From the NCBI GenBank assembly GCA_965212545.1, contig CBDBVB010000025.1:8433-72432 (forward strand): a stretch of DNA of 64,000 nt. Direction: 5' to 3'. Shown here one piece after another: positions 38,876 to 48,869 of the stretch (position 1 is the stretch's first letter; every line of letters starts with the position of its first letter). The notes below the pieces were generated by a model. It ran no database searches and had not been told where the DNA came from. It was given only the letters and a program-made list of their open reading frames with translations. The DNA is from Inquilinaceae bacterium. GTDB taxonomy: Bacteria; Pseudomonadota; Alphaproteobacteria; DSM-16000; Inquilinaceae. The translations under genes and the position numbers were made by a program.

Positions 38876-41179
38876 TCAACTGCGAACGGTGGCCCGCCGG
38901 CGACGCTTTGGAGCGGTCGCGGCCGGTGCGCGTTTCGCCTTGGCCGGAATCGGCACCAGTTCGACGTCGCCAGCGGCGGTGTCCAGACCGAAGCGCTGGG
39001 CCAATTGATCGAGGCGGGTGCGCCGGATTTCGCTCGGCGGTCCGACGACCGTCAACACCGAAAGTACCAGATCGTACAAGTCCTTCCGCGCCGCCAGATC
39101 GTCCGGCAACAGGGCCGGCAACGCATCGAGGGCGGCTTTCTCGTCGACCAGGAGCATCAGGAACTGTTCGCGCAGGAGCTGCTTGAATTCACTGAGCGAC
39201 ATGCGCTCATGATCCGGCGCCTGCTCGCGAATGCGCTTCAGCGCGCCGAACCCGCGCTCATCGATCCGACCCTCGGGCAGGCCGGCATAGACCAGCGACC
39301 GGACGAACGCCTCGCGCGAACCTCCCAATCCGATCCGCCGTTTCAACTCGGCGATCTTCTCATGGATCAGGGCCTCGTGGGCCGGGTCGCGGGCCACCTT
39401 CGTGCCACGCCGGTCCTCGCTGCTGGATTTCATTCCAAGCAGGGTCTGCAACAGATCGGAATCATAGATCCCGAAAAACAGCTGTTCCTGCGCCTGGTCG
39501 CGGGTGTCGCGCCAAGCATTGAGCGACGCCACGATCCCGTCCGAAACCTGGCGCTCCGCGACTCGCAATGGGTTTTCGTCAGCGGCCGGCCGCCGGTCGG
39601 ACCGCACCTGTTCCGCCGCGGTGGCGGTCCAGGCCATGAAGGGATTGCGATCGGAGAACATGCTGTATTGCAGACGGGCCGGGTGCATCTCGCGCAGCCA
39701 CTCGGCGGCCTGGTCGTTCATAGCGCCGCGCACGAACGGCGAGACGAAGGTCCGGTAGAGACCCTGATTGATGTCCGACACCCGCGACACCGCCTCGAAG
39801 ACACGGTCGTCGTCATGGTTCTGGTCGCCCAGGCTGCGGATGTCGTCCAACGTCCGGGCCTCGAAGGTGACGATATAGTCGCCGGCGGCGAGATCCGAAT
39901 TGCGGTCCTCGGCCGTTTTCTCGCGGATCACCGCCTCGTAGAGGCCCGGCGGCAGGACGTCGATCAAATCCATGTTCTGGGTGAACTGGTCGTGTTCCTT
40001 CCGCCCCACCCGACCGGACACGAAGATCCCCAAATGGCCGATATCGTGATGCAGCGCATAGACGATGGTCTGCCCGTAGGCGCGGATTTCGTCGACATTC
40101 TCGTAGAGGTCGAGGACCCAGCCGAGTGCCTGCTGCGGCGGCGTGATGTTGTCCCCGTGGGAGCAGAAGACCACGATCGGCGAGCGGATATTGCGCAGAT
40201 CTATGGCCTTGCCGTCGGAAGTCTGGATTTCGCCCTGGACCAGATGGTTGCCGACGAAGAGCTCATCGGCGATGAACTGCATCTCTTCGGCGCCAAGCAG
40301 CGTATGCCCGCCCCACCAGCGCTCGAATTCAAGATAGCGCGGCGCTTCGGTGTCGATCTTGGACCAGAGATTGTAGTTCTTGCTCCACAGGGTGTTGGCC
40401 GGGTTCAGGTTCTCGAAGTTCTGGACCAGATGGGCGCCGTCGAAGATCCCGTTGCCGAGATCGCCGGACAAGGACGTCAACCAGGTCCCGCCCAGCATGC
40501 CGCCGGTGTAGCGCATCGGATTCTTGCCGCGCTCGCCGGCCCAATAGGATAGCGGCGCGCCTGCGATCACCAGCGGGCCGACCGCGTCGCTGGCCACCGA
40601 TGCCAGCATCATCATCGCCCAGCCGGCCTGGCAATTGGCGATCACGCAGGGCTTGCCTTCGGTCAGGGGATGCCGCTCGGCGACATGCTCCAGGAAGGCG
40701 ATCTCGGCCCGGCCGACATCCTCGATGGTCTGGCTCGGCATCGGTTCGGCCATGAAGCCGATGAAATAGCACGGGTGGCCTGCCCTCAGGATCGCGCCGA
40801 CCTGGCTGTCGGGCTTGAAGCCGCCAATACCGGGGCCGTGCCCGGCGCGCGGGTCGACGACCACGAATGGCCGTTTGTCCTCATCGGTCTCGATATCGTC
40901 GGGCGGAAGGATCCGCACCAGCCCGTAATTGACCGGCCGATCAAGGTCGCGCCCATCCATGACTTTTTCGAAATCGTACCGAAGGACATGGCGGACCGGC
41001 TTTGCCTCCTGCTCCAGATACTGGTTGCCGCGCTGCCGCAGCACATCCATGAACAGGATATTGCGCTGCAATACGTCGATGCCGTAATCGAGGAATGGCT
41101 GCCACGGCATCGGGGCCGACGCCACCGACTGATCCTGATCTGATACTTTGTTCGCATGCTGTTTTTTTGAAGATGCCAT
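38876..41179 (-). CDS. DUF3141 alpha/beta-hydrolase protein (PHA synthase/depolymerase-like)
   Basis: 767 aa. It has a nucleophile-elbow-like ANCQAGW with Cys, as in the PhaC G-x-C-x-G box, plus the long C-terminal helical region typical of DUF3141. Confidence 0.7.
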   Translation of the reverse strand: MASSKKQHANKVSDQDQSVASAPMPWQPFLDYGIDVLQRNILFMDVLRQRGNQYLEQEAKPVRHVLRYDFEKVMDGRDLDRPVNYGLVRILPPDDIETDEDKRPFVVVDPRAGHGPGIGGFKPDSQVGAILRAGHPCYFIGFMAEPMPSQTIEDVGRAEIAFLEHVAERHPLTEGKPCVIANCQAGWAMMMLASVASDAVGPLVIAGAPLSYWAGERGKNPMRYTGGMLGGTWLTSLSGDLGNGIFDGAHLVQNFENLNPANTLWSKNYNLWSKIDTEAPRYLEFERWWGGHTLLGAEEMQFIADELFVGNHLVQGEIQTSDGKAIDLRNIRSPIVVFCSHGDNITPPQQALGWVLDLYENVDEIRAYGQTIVYALHHDIGHLGIFVSGRVGRKEHDQFTQNMDLIDVLPPGLYEAVIREKTAEDRNSDLAAGDYIVTFEARTLDDIRSLGDQNHDDDRVFEAVSRVSDINQGLYRTFVSPFVRGAMNDQAAEWLREMHPARLQYSMFSDRNPFMAWTATAAEQVRSDRRPAADENPLRVAERQVSDGIVASLNAWRDTRDQAQEQLFFGIYDSDLLQTLLGMKSSSEDRRGTKVARDPAHEALIHEKIAELKRRIGLGGSREAFVRSLVYAGLPEGRIDERGFGALKRIREQAPDHERMSLSEFKQLLREQFLMLLVDEKAALDALPALLPDDLAARKDLYDLVLSVLTVVGPPSEIRRTRLDQLAQRFGLDTAAGDVELVPIPAKAKRAPAATAPKRRRRATVRS

Positions 41180-41393
41180 CGACCGACTCCCGCGCAGGCT
41201 CTGGTGATCCGAAGATCATTGTGCACTGCAATAATATAGTGTCGGCCGGCCGCGATTACCAATGACATTTTTGGGTCAGAATTCGAATGCGGCAATGCGC
41301 CCGCCATGTCGTTTGTCAGGGGTGCCGGCGGGCTTGGCATCAGCGATCAGCGAGGCGTGTTATCGGAATTCGCCACCTCCGTTTTGACGTCGG

Positions 41394-42035
41394 CTATTTC
41401 AACCTTCCCCAGGTCTCCCTGGTGCGCGTCTCACCCGGGGTGTTGGACCAGACGGCCAGCTTCACCTCGTTTCCCAGATTATACCCACCCAGCAACGTCC
41501 ATATCGCGTCCATGGCCTCTGCGGAATCGAGTATTCCTGCGCCGGGCGGCGGTTTCCTGACCAGCCCGGGTGCGATGCAGCCTTTCAGGGTCGTCGAGCT
41601 ATCGTACATCGCGTCGTGAAAGAGAACTTGGTCGATCTGGTGATCGGTAATCTGCAGGCAATTGATGACGCCGCCCGGCGCGCTCTTCCTGTTCTTCTTT
41701 GAATGCTTGAGCGTGTAGTAGCCGACCTTCAGGCTGGTATAGGTGCCGCCCCGCTCGATGGTGGGGAACAGGCGCCTGCTGTTGCGAAGGCTCGCCGGCA
41801 TGCGGTCCACCAGGCTCTGAATCTTGTCGCCGGGAACATAGGGCGGAAGGAAGGCCAGGGTCCCGACCTCTAGCCACCCGGGCACGCTGCCATCCGGATG
41901 GGCATTCGGCTCGCGCCAGAGGTTCAGCACCGGGAAGACCATCTGCGCCTGGGCGGCCAGACTGTTGTTGCGGGCGGCGGCTGCGGCCGAGAATGCGCCG
42001 GCGCGGCGCATTGCGAGCGGATCGGGTGCTGTCAT
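41394..42035 (-). CDS. Hypothetical protein with YkuD-like (L,D-transpeptidase fold) signature
   Basis: 213 aa. GGTYTSLKVGYYTL...VLFHDAMYDSSTTLKGCIAPG resembles the His-x(13)-Gly-Cys-Ile catalytic signature of YkuD, DUF2778 (Tlde1) and DUF5675 proteins. I see no signal peptide. Confidence 0.4.
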   Translation of the reverse strand: MTAPDPLAMRRAGAFSAAAAARNNSLAAQAQMVFPVLNLWREPNAHPDGSVPGWLEVGTLAFLPPYVPGDKIQSLVDRMPASLRNSRRLFPTIERGGTYTSLKVGYYTLKHSKKNRKSAPGGVINCLQITDHQIDQVLFHDAMYDSSTTLKGCIAPGLVRKPPPGAGILDSAEAMDAIWTLLGGYNLGNEVKLAVWSNTPGETRTRETWGRLK

Positions 42036-42307
42036 GTCTTATCTCCGTTTCCCGGTATGTTCCGGGTCTCATGCCACGCGGCGGATGGCATTTGGGAAGG
42101 GGTCCTGCCTGGAGTCGGATATCGCCGGCCCGGTCGCGGAGCACGGGCGTCGGCGTGCAAGACTGCACCGGCCCCGGTTCACGAACGTCACAGGGATCAC
42201 AAGGCTGCCGCACGCCCGGGCTGGTCGCGGCATGATCGGGGCTGTTAGGCTGGCCTGCCGGAGACGCCCGATGAGAGGGACGTCCCGGCCAATTGGGGAG
42301 GAAGAAC

Positions 42308-43828
42308 ATGAAACGCGTGCACCGAATCGTTCTGGCCATCGGCATCCTGCTTGCGCTGGGATTGCAGCTGCAGATGCCGGCCCGGGCGCAGGACAACACC
42401 CTGGTCATGGCCTGGGCGACCGATGCGACGGGTCTCGACCCGCACAAGCAGACCGCCTTTGCGTCCATTCGCCTGCTCGAGCTGGTCTACGAGCCATTGG
42501 TGACACTGGACGCGGACCTGCAGATCCAGCCGGCGCTGGCGGAGAGCTGGCAATTCTCTGCCGACGGCGAGCTGTTGACATTCGTCCTGCGCGGCGGCGC
42601 GACGTTCCACAGCGGCGCCCCGGTCACCTCCGCCGACGTCAAAGCGTCCTATGAGCGAATCCTTGATGAGGAGACGGGTGCCGCGACCCGGGCGAATTTC
42701 CTGTCCATCGAGCGCATCGAGACGCCGGATGACCGGACTGTGGTCTTCCACCTGTCACGCCTGGACGCGCCGATTCTGACCGCGATGACCGATCTCAACG
42801 CGGCCATCGTTCCGGCGTCGGAGATCGCCGCCGGTTCGGTCGGCACCCAGGCGATCGGCTCCGGACCGTTCCGGCTGGACAGCTGGCGGCCGAACGAGCG
42901 GTCCGAGCTGTCGGCCAATGCGGATTGGTGGGGCGGCGGGCTGTCGATCGACGGCATCGAGGTCCGGGTCATGCCGGACGAGACCGCGATCCTGGCGGCG
43001 TTGCGCACGGGCGCCATCGACTTTGCGCTGCTGAACGATCCGCTGGTCGCGTCGCTGGTGGCGACCGAGAGCAAGCTGCAACTCAATCGCGCCCCGGCGA
43101 TCTCCTATCACGTGCTGCAGCTGAACCCGTCGCGGCCGCCTATGGACGATCTGGCGGTGCGCCAGGCGATTTCCTGCGCCATTGACCGCCAGCAGGTGCT
43201 GGACACGGCGTCGCTGGGCGAAGGCCAGGTGACCGGCCCGCTGACCATCCCGGCCTATCGCTCCGATCCCGACTCGCTATTCTGCTATCAGCGCGACGTT
43301 GACCGGGCGAAACAGTTGCTGGCCCAGTCCGGGCATTCCGGCGACATCACGCTCAACCTTATTGCGGCGCGCGGTGAGCCGCCGACCGCAGTGGCGGAGG
43401 CGCAGGTGATCCAGGCGCAGCTGAGCGAGATCGGCATCTCGGTCGAGATCGAAGTTCTGGAGCTCAACGTCTATGTCGATCGCTGGCTGACGGCGGATTT
43501 CGATGTGGCCTCGGCTCACAACGGCGGTCGGGCCGATCCGTACACCATGTACAACCGCTATTGGACCCGCGACGGCAATCTGCAGAAGGTCTCGAACTAC
43601 ATCGACGACACGCTGGATTCGTTGATGCAGCGAGGCCGCGAAGAGACCGTGCTGGAGGCCCGGCGGCGGATCTTCGCCGAGTTCAATCAGCATCTGGCGG
43701 AAATGTCGCCCTGGATCTGGCTGTACAATGGCTACGAGTACACCGCGCAGCAGCACCATGTTGAGGGATTCGTGCCCATGCCCAACGACTCCCTCTACGG
43801 ACTCAGCCGGGTCAGCCTGAACCGTTGA
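42308..43828 (+). CDS. ABC transporter substrate-binding protein, family 5 (peptide/nickel type)
   Basis: GGAGG RBS, the signal peptide MKRVHRIVLAIGILLALGLQLQMPARA, and an SBP_bac_5-like length and composition. Confidence 0.85.
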   Translation: MKRVHRIVLAIGILLALGLQLQMPARAQDNTLVMAWATDATGLDPHKQTAFASIRLLELVYEPLVTLDADLQIQPALAESWQFSADGELLTFVLRGGATFHSGAPVTSADVKASYERILDEETGAATRANFLSIERIETPDDRTVVFHLSRLDAPILTAMTDLNAAIVPASEIAAGSVGTQAIGSGPFRLDSWRPNERSELSANADWWGGGLSIDGIEVRVMPDETAILAALRTGAIDFALLNDPLVASLVATESKLQLNRAPAISYHVLQLNPSRPPMDDLAVRQAISCAIDRQQVLDTASLGEGQVTGPLTIPAYRSDPDSLFCYQRDVDRAKQLLAQSGHSGDITLNLIAARGEPPTAVAEAQVIQAQLSEIGISVEIEVLELNVYVDRWLTADFDVASAHNGGRADPYTMYNRYWTRDGNLQKVSNYIDDTLDSLMQRGREETVLEARRRIFAEFNQHLAEMSPWIWLYNGYEYTAQQHHVEGFVPMPNDSLYGLSRVSLNR

Positions 43829-43886
43829 GGCCGGCTCGACCGGAGCGCTGCCCCGCCCGGTTCGCCGGATTACCGGATCGGCGGAC

Positions 43887-44849
43887 ATGACCTACGCGCT
43901 GAGGCGGTTGGTCATGTTCCCGCCGATCCTGCTCGGCGTCTCGATCCTGGTCTTCCTGGCGATCCGGCTGGTGCCCGGCGACGCGATCACCGCGATGCTG
44001 GGCACCGAGGCCGGGCTTCTGACGCCCGACCAGCGCACCGCGCTGGCCGCCTATTTCGGCATCGACCAGCCCTGGCTGGTGCAGTATGGGCACTGGATCG
44101 GCGCCGCCGTGCAAGGCGATCTGGGCCTATCCGTAATCCATGGCCGGCCTGTGATGACGGTGATCCTGGAACGGTTTCCGGTCACGGTGGAACTCGCCCT
44201 GCTGTCCATGGCGGTGGCGTTGGCCGTCGGCCTGCCGGCCGGCGTGCTGGCGGCCAGCCATCCGGAACGGCCCATCGATATCGCCACCCGCGTGGCCGCG
44301 ATGCTGGGTCAGTCGACCCCGAACTTCCTGTTGGGCCTGGTGCTGATCTTCGTGCTGTCCGTGGGGTTCGGCATCTCGCCCAATATCGGCGTGCATGTGC
44401 CGCTGTTCGAGGACCCTCTGGCCAATCTGCGCGAGATGGTGCTTCCGGCGATCACCCTGGGCTCAGCCTTCGCGGCGTCGGTGATGCGGACGACCCGGTC
44501 GACCATGCTGGACGTGCTGGGCGACGATTTCGTGCGTACCGCGCGCAGCAAGGGCGTGGCGGAGCCCGGAGTGGTCTGGAAGCACGCCTTCCCCAATGCG
44601 CTGATCCCGGTCGTGACCCTGACCGGGGTCGAGCTTGGCTATCTGCTGGGCGGTGCCGTGATCGTGGAGGAGCTGTTCGCCCTGCCCGGCCTTGGCCGGC
44701 TGGTGCTGAACGCCATCACCCAGCGCGACTATGCCCTGGTCCAGGGCGCGGTGCTGTTCATCGCCTTCAACTTCATGGTGGTGAATCTGGTCGTCGATCT
44801 GACCTATGCGGCGCTGGACCCGCGCATCCGGCTGGGCAGCCGGCAATGA
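43887..44849 (+). CDS. ABC transporter permease (DppB/OppB-like)
   Basis: 320 aa with six TM helices and the EAA-type loop. Confidence 0.85.
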   Translation: MTYALRRLVMFPPILLGVSILVFLAIRLVPGDAITAMLGTEAGLLTPDQRTALAAYFGIDQPWLVQYGHWIGAAVQGDLGLSVIHGRPVMTVILERFPVTVELALLSMAVALAVGLPAGVLAASHPERPIDIATRVAAMLGQSTPNFLLGLVLIFVLSVGFGISPNIGVHVPLFEDPLANLREMVLPAITLGSAFAASVMRTTRSTMLDVLGDDFVRTARSKGVAEPGVVWKHAFPNALIPVVTLTGVELGYLLGGAVIVEELFALPGLGRLVLNAITQRDYALVQGAVLFIAFNFMVVNLVVDLTYAALDPRIRLGSRQ

Positions 44850-45685
44850 CGCCGCTGCGCCGTCTGGTATCGCATCCGAGCGGCCGGATCGGCGGGGTGA
44901 TCATCCTCGCCTATCTGCTGCTCGCCCTGGCCGGCACGCTGTCGCTGGTGCCCTACGACCCAGTTGCGCAGTTCCCGGCATCGCGGCTGCAGGCGCCCAG
45001 CGCCTCCTTCATCATGGGAACCGATCTGTTCGGCCGCGATGTCTTCAGCCGGATGGCGGTCGGCGTTCGCACGTCCTTCGTCATCGCCTTGGCTTCGGTG
45101 GCGATCGCCAGCCTGGCCGGCACCGTCATCGGCCTGGTCGCGGCCTGGTGGGGCGGTTGGCGGGACGGGCTGCTGATGCGGCTGATGGATGTGTTCCTGG
45201 CGTTTCCGGCGATCCTGCTGGCCCTGCTGGTGGTGACCGTCGCCGGGCCGGGCACCGTGACCACGATCCTGGCGATCGCCGTGGTCTACACCCCGATCTT
45301 CGCCCGGGTCGCGCGCGGTCCGGCGCTGTCGATCAAGGCGCGGGATTTCGTCGACGCGGCCCGCACTTTCGGCAGCGGTCAGGTCTACATCCTGACCCGG
45401 CACCTGCTGCTGAACCTGGCGGCGCCGCTGACCGTGCAGGCGACGCTGGCTCTGTCCTGGGCGCTGCTGACCGAGGCGGCTCTGAGTTTCCTCGGCCTGG
45501 GGACCCAGCCGCCGGCCCCGTCCCTCGGCCTGATGCTGAGCGAGGCCCGCAACCTGATGGAGCTGGCGCCCTGGCTGCTCGCCTTCCCCGGCGTCGCGAT
45601 CATGCTCGGCGTGCTCGGCTTCAACCTGCTCGGAGACGCGCTCAGGGACGTCGTCGATCCGCGCAGCCGGGAGGCGCGGGCATGA
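44846..45685 (+). CDS. ABC transporter permease (DppC/OppC-like)
   Basis: 279 aa. It overlaps the upstream permease by 4 nt. Confidence 0.85.
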   Translation: MTPLRRLVSHPSGRIGGVIILAYLLLALAGTLSLVPYDPVAQFPASRLQAPSASFIMGTDLFGRDVFSRMAVGVRTSFVIALASVAIASLAGTVIGLVAAWWGGWRDGLLMRLMDVFLAFPAILLALLVVTVAGPGTVTTILAIAVVYTPIFARVARGPALSIKARDFVDAARTFGSGQVYILTRHLLLNLAAPLTVQATLALSWALLTEAALSFLGLGTQPPAPSLGLMLSEARNLMELAPWLLAFPGVAIMLGVLGFNLLGDALRDVVDPRSREARA

Positions 45686-47457
45686 GCCAGCCGCTGCTTT
45701 CGGTGCGCGATCTCGCCGTCGGCTTCGGTCACGGTCCGGACACGGAACCGGTGGTGCGCGACGTCGCATTTGACCTGCGGTCCGGCGAGACCCTTGCGAT
45801 CGTCGGCGAGTCCGGCTCCGGAAAGACGGTGACGGCGCTTTCCGTCAACCGTCTCATCGACCATGCCGGCGGCAGCGTCCGCAGCGGCGAGATGCTGTTC
45901 CGGCGCGACGATGGCAGCGAACTCGACCTAGCCCGGGCTTTGCCGCTCGATCTGCGGCGGATCCGAGGGGCGGAGATCGGCATGATCTTCCAGGAGCCGA
46001 TGACCTCGCTCAACCCGGTGCAGCCGGTCGGGCACCAGGTGGCGGAATCCTTCGTGCTGCATCAGCGCCTGTCGACCCGCGACGCCTTGCGCAAGGCGCG
46101 AGAGGCGCTGGACCGGGTGCGCATCCCCGATGCCGGACGGCGCATCGACGATTATCCGCACCAGCTTTCCGGCGGCATGCGGCAGCGGGTGATGATCGCC
46201 ATCGCCCTGGCCTGCACCCCGCGCCTGCTGATCGCCGATGAGCCGACCACGGCGCTGGACGTGACCATCCAGGCGCAGATCGTGGCGCTGCTGGCCCAGC
46301 TGCGCGACGAGATCGGCATGTCGGTCATCTTCATCACCCACGATATGGGCTTGGTCGCCGAGGTGGCCGACCGGGTCCTGGTGATGCGCCATGGCGCCGT
46401 CGTGGAGCGTGGCGACCTTGACGAGGTGTTCGACCGGCCAACGCATCCCTACACCCGGGATCTGCTCGACGCGGTGCCGCATTTTCGAAGGGGACAGGCG
46501 GTGCGGGCGCCGATCGCCGACCAGAAAACGGCAGAAGAGCCGGCCCTGACGGTCGGCAAGCTTTCGGTGCGCTTCCCGGTTCGCGCCGGCCTGCTGCGTC
46601 GTGTGGTCGGGGTGGTGCGCGCCGTGGACGGCGTCGATTTCGAGCTGGCCGACGGCGAAACCCTGGCCATCGTCGGCGAGAGCGGCAGCGGCAAGTCGAC
46701 CATTGCGCGCGCCATTCTCGGCCTGGTCAAGCCGGCGGAAGGCACGGTCGCGATCATCGGGTCCGGCAGCGAGGGCCAGGAGACGGCGCGCAGGGCGCAG
46801 ATGGTGTTCCAGGACCCGTTCGCCTCGCTCAATCCGCGTCTGACGGTGCACAGCCTGCTCGCCGAGCCGGTGATCGCGACCGGCGTCCCCGTCGATCACG
46901 GCGTCGTAGACCGGATGGCTGAACTGCTGCGCAGGGTGGACCTTCCGTCCGACAGCCTGGACCGCTATCCGCACCAGTTTTCCGGCGGCGAACGGCAGCG
47001 GCTATGCATCGCCCGCGCCCTGATGACCGACCCGCGGATCGTGGTCCTCGACGAGGCGGTCTCGGCGCTGGACGTGTCGATCCAGGCCCAGGTGCTCGAA
47101 CTCCTGATGGAACTGCAGGCGGAACGGGGGCTTGCCTATCTGTTTATCTCCCACGACATGGCCGTGGTCGAGCGCGTCGCCCACCGGGTCGCCGTCATGT
47201 ATGCCGGCCAGATCGTCGAATTCGGCAGCGCTGCGCGGGTCCTGGCGCAACCGGCTCATTCCTACACGAGGCGGCTGATCGACGCCGTGCCGACCACAGA
47301 CCGCGCCCAGCGGCACCGCCACTTCGCCCTGGACACCAGCGAGCCGCCCTCCCTGCTCCGTCCGCCGGACTACGCGCCGCCACCGGTTGTCTGGCGCCAT
47401 CTCGAGCCGGACCATATGGTTCGCGCCGAAGGCCAGGGTCGCGGCCCGCAAGGATAG
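45682..47457 (+). CDS. Fused double ATP-binding protein of the peptide ABC transporter (DppD/DppF-like)
   Basis: There are two Walker A sites (GESGSGKT and GESGSGKS), two LSGG signatures (LSGGMRQR and FSGGERQR) and two Walker B sites. The ATG at 45682 overlaps the permease stop. The upstream part of track ORF 44806..47457 is not coding in this frame. Confidence 0.9.
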   Translation: MSQPLLSVRDLAVGFGHGPDTEPVVRDVAFDLRSGETLAIVGESGSGKTVTALSVNRLIDHAGGSVRSGEMLFRRDDGSELDLARALPLDLRRIRGAEIGMIFQEPMTSLNPVQPVGHQVAESFVLHQRLSTRDALRKAREALDRVRIPDAGRRIDDYPHQLSGGMRQRVMIAIALACTPRLLIADEPTTALDVTIQAQIVALLAQLRDEIGMSVIFITHDMGLVAEVADRVLVMRHGAVVERGDLDEVFDRPTHPYTRDLLDAVPHFRRGQAVRAPIADQKTAEEPALTVGKLSVRFPVRAGLLRRVVGVVRAVDGVDFELADGETLAIVGESGSGKSTIARAILGLVKPAEGTVAIIGSGSEGQETARRAQMVFQDPFASLNPRLTVHSLLAEPVIATGVPVDHGVVDRMAELLRRVDLPSDSLDRYPHQFSGGERQRLCIARALMTDPRIVVLDEAVSALDVSIQAQVLELLMELQAERGLAYLFISHDMAVVERVAHRVAVMYAGQIVEFGSAARVLAQPAHSYTRRLIDAVPTTDRAQRHRHFALDTSEPPSLLRPPDYAPPPVVWRHLEPDHMVRAEGQGRGPQG

Positions 47458-47462
47458 GATCC

Positions 47463-48158
47463 ATGGACCGATCGAAATCGCTCGCCAAATCCTGGGACGA
47501 CAACGCCGGCAACTGGACAAAAGCGGTCCGCGAGGGGCAGATACCCTCACGGCGCGCCGGCACCGACGATGCGATCGTCGCGGCGATTCTCGATCGCGAG
47601 CCAGCCCGCCTGCTCGATGTCGGCTGCGGCGAGGGTTGGCTGGTCCGACGGATCGTGCGGGCCTCCGGCTGTCGGGCGGTGGGCATCGATGGCTCCGCGG
47701 CCCTGATCGAGGCGGCCCGATCCGCCGATCCGACCGGCGACTACCGGGTCCTGAGCTATGCCGACCTGGTCGGCGGCACCTCGTCCCTTGGCGACCGGTT
47801 CGACGTGATCGCCTTCAACTATGCGATTCTCAACGAAGATGCGGCCCAGCTGCTCACTGCTGTGACACCGGCACTGGCCAGAGATGGCTGCATCATCATT
47901 CAGACTCTGCACCCCCAGACCCAGGACGGGCCCTATCGTGACGGTTGGCGCACCGAGGATTTCTCGGGCTTCGCAATTCCAGGCTGGAAGCCGATGCCCT
48001 GGTACTTCCGCACCCTGGAATCCTGGCACGCGGTAATCCGCGATGCCGGCCTGGTGCTATGCGACCTGGCCGAACCGACGGCCGAGGGCGACGACCGGCC
48101 GCTGTCGCTGATCCTGACGTGCATGACCGCCGAGCACGGCCCCATGGACCCTGTCTGA
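47463..48158 (+). CDS. Class I SAM-dependent methyltransferase
   Basis: It has motif I LLDVGCGEGWL. The start is taken at ATG 47463 inside track ORF 47004..48158. Confidence 0.75.
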   Translation: MDRSKSLAKSWDDNAGNWTKAVREGQIPSRRAGTDDAIVAAILDREPARLLDVGCGEGWLVRRIVRASGCRAVGIDGSAALIEAARSADPTGDYRVLSYADLVGGTSSLGDRFDVIAFNYAILNEDAAQLLTAVTPALARDGCIIIQTLHPQTQDGPYRDGWRTEDFSGFAIPGWKPMPWYFRTLESWHAVIRDAGLVLCDLAEPTAEGDDRPLSLILTCMTAEHGPMDPV

Positions 48159-48336
48159 CGCGGCAACGGACGAATTCTCCCCGCGTGATGATAGAGCACG
48201 GTCGGGTCGAGCGTCCTGCGCGCCCGGCGTCGCCATTTCCCGGCGATTCGGACCAGTGACGGACTGGTCTGCCTGGCCTCCAGGTTCTCGAGTGAGCCCC
48301 GGCTGGCGTGCGGAAAAGATAAAATACAATTATTAT

Positions 48337-48366
48337 TTGACGTAAATTTCCAATAAGTTTTATAAT
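48337..48366 (+). promoter_or_regulatory. Near-consensus sigma70-type promoter in an AT-rich island upstream of the eCIS operon
   Basis: TTGACG (48337-48342), an 18-nt spacer, then TATAAT (48361-48366). It is embedded in an AT-rich tract (about 48316-48369) that stands out from the GC-rich surroundings. The sheath ATG is about 500 nt downstream. Confidence 0.5.
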
Positions 48367-48869
48367 AAAGCCACGCAATAAGCCTCCGTGGCGCTTGTTC
48401 TCAGTCGGCCGGCCTTCCGCCGTCCAAGCCAGCAGCCACTTTCATGTCAGAAAGGGACCAGCGTCGGTGAGAACGCGCAAATTGCATAAGGGCTTGATTG
48501 ACCTCAGACATTTTTCGCCCACAGGGCACCCTGACCCAATCCGGGCGGTAACGTTCCGAATATTCAGGGACATTATCGAAGCGGATTCCGGCCGCGCGGT
48601 TCTTCCGGCATCTGGAGCACAAGGCCGTCGTCACGTCAGTCCGCATGCAGTCCGCCCGATGATCGCGTCGAGCCGTCTTATCACGGCCATGCCGCGATGC
48701 GGCGACGGCGGAAATCACAATCGTGACGGCATCCGCGTCCCCGGCGGATTTCTAGAAGGAACACACCACAACGGCCACTCCCGACTGGGCGGCAATGACG
48801 GCCGGTCTTTCCGGCCCGTCGCGGATTTAGCACCCACATTTTGAGCGCTGATTTGGAGGACGACCAATT

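Noticed and set aside
44806-45681. N-terminal 290 residues of the 883-aa plus-strand ORF
   Set aside because: This part overlaps the DppC-like permease in another frame. The ATPase clearly starts at ATG 45682, which overlaps the permease stop.
48395-48844. ORFs in the eCIS leader (149 aa on the plus strand, 105 aa on the minus strand at 48401..48718)
   Set aside because: Third-position GC is poor compared with neighbouring genes, the translations are Arg-rich with no motifs, and there is no RBS. I treat the region as non-coding leader, although a short minus-strand transcript ending at the 48370-48392 hairpin remains possible.
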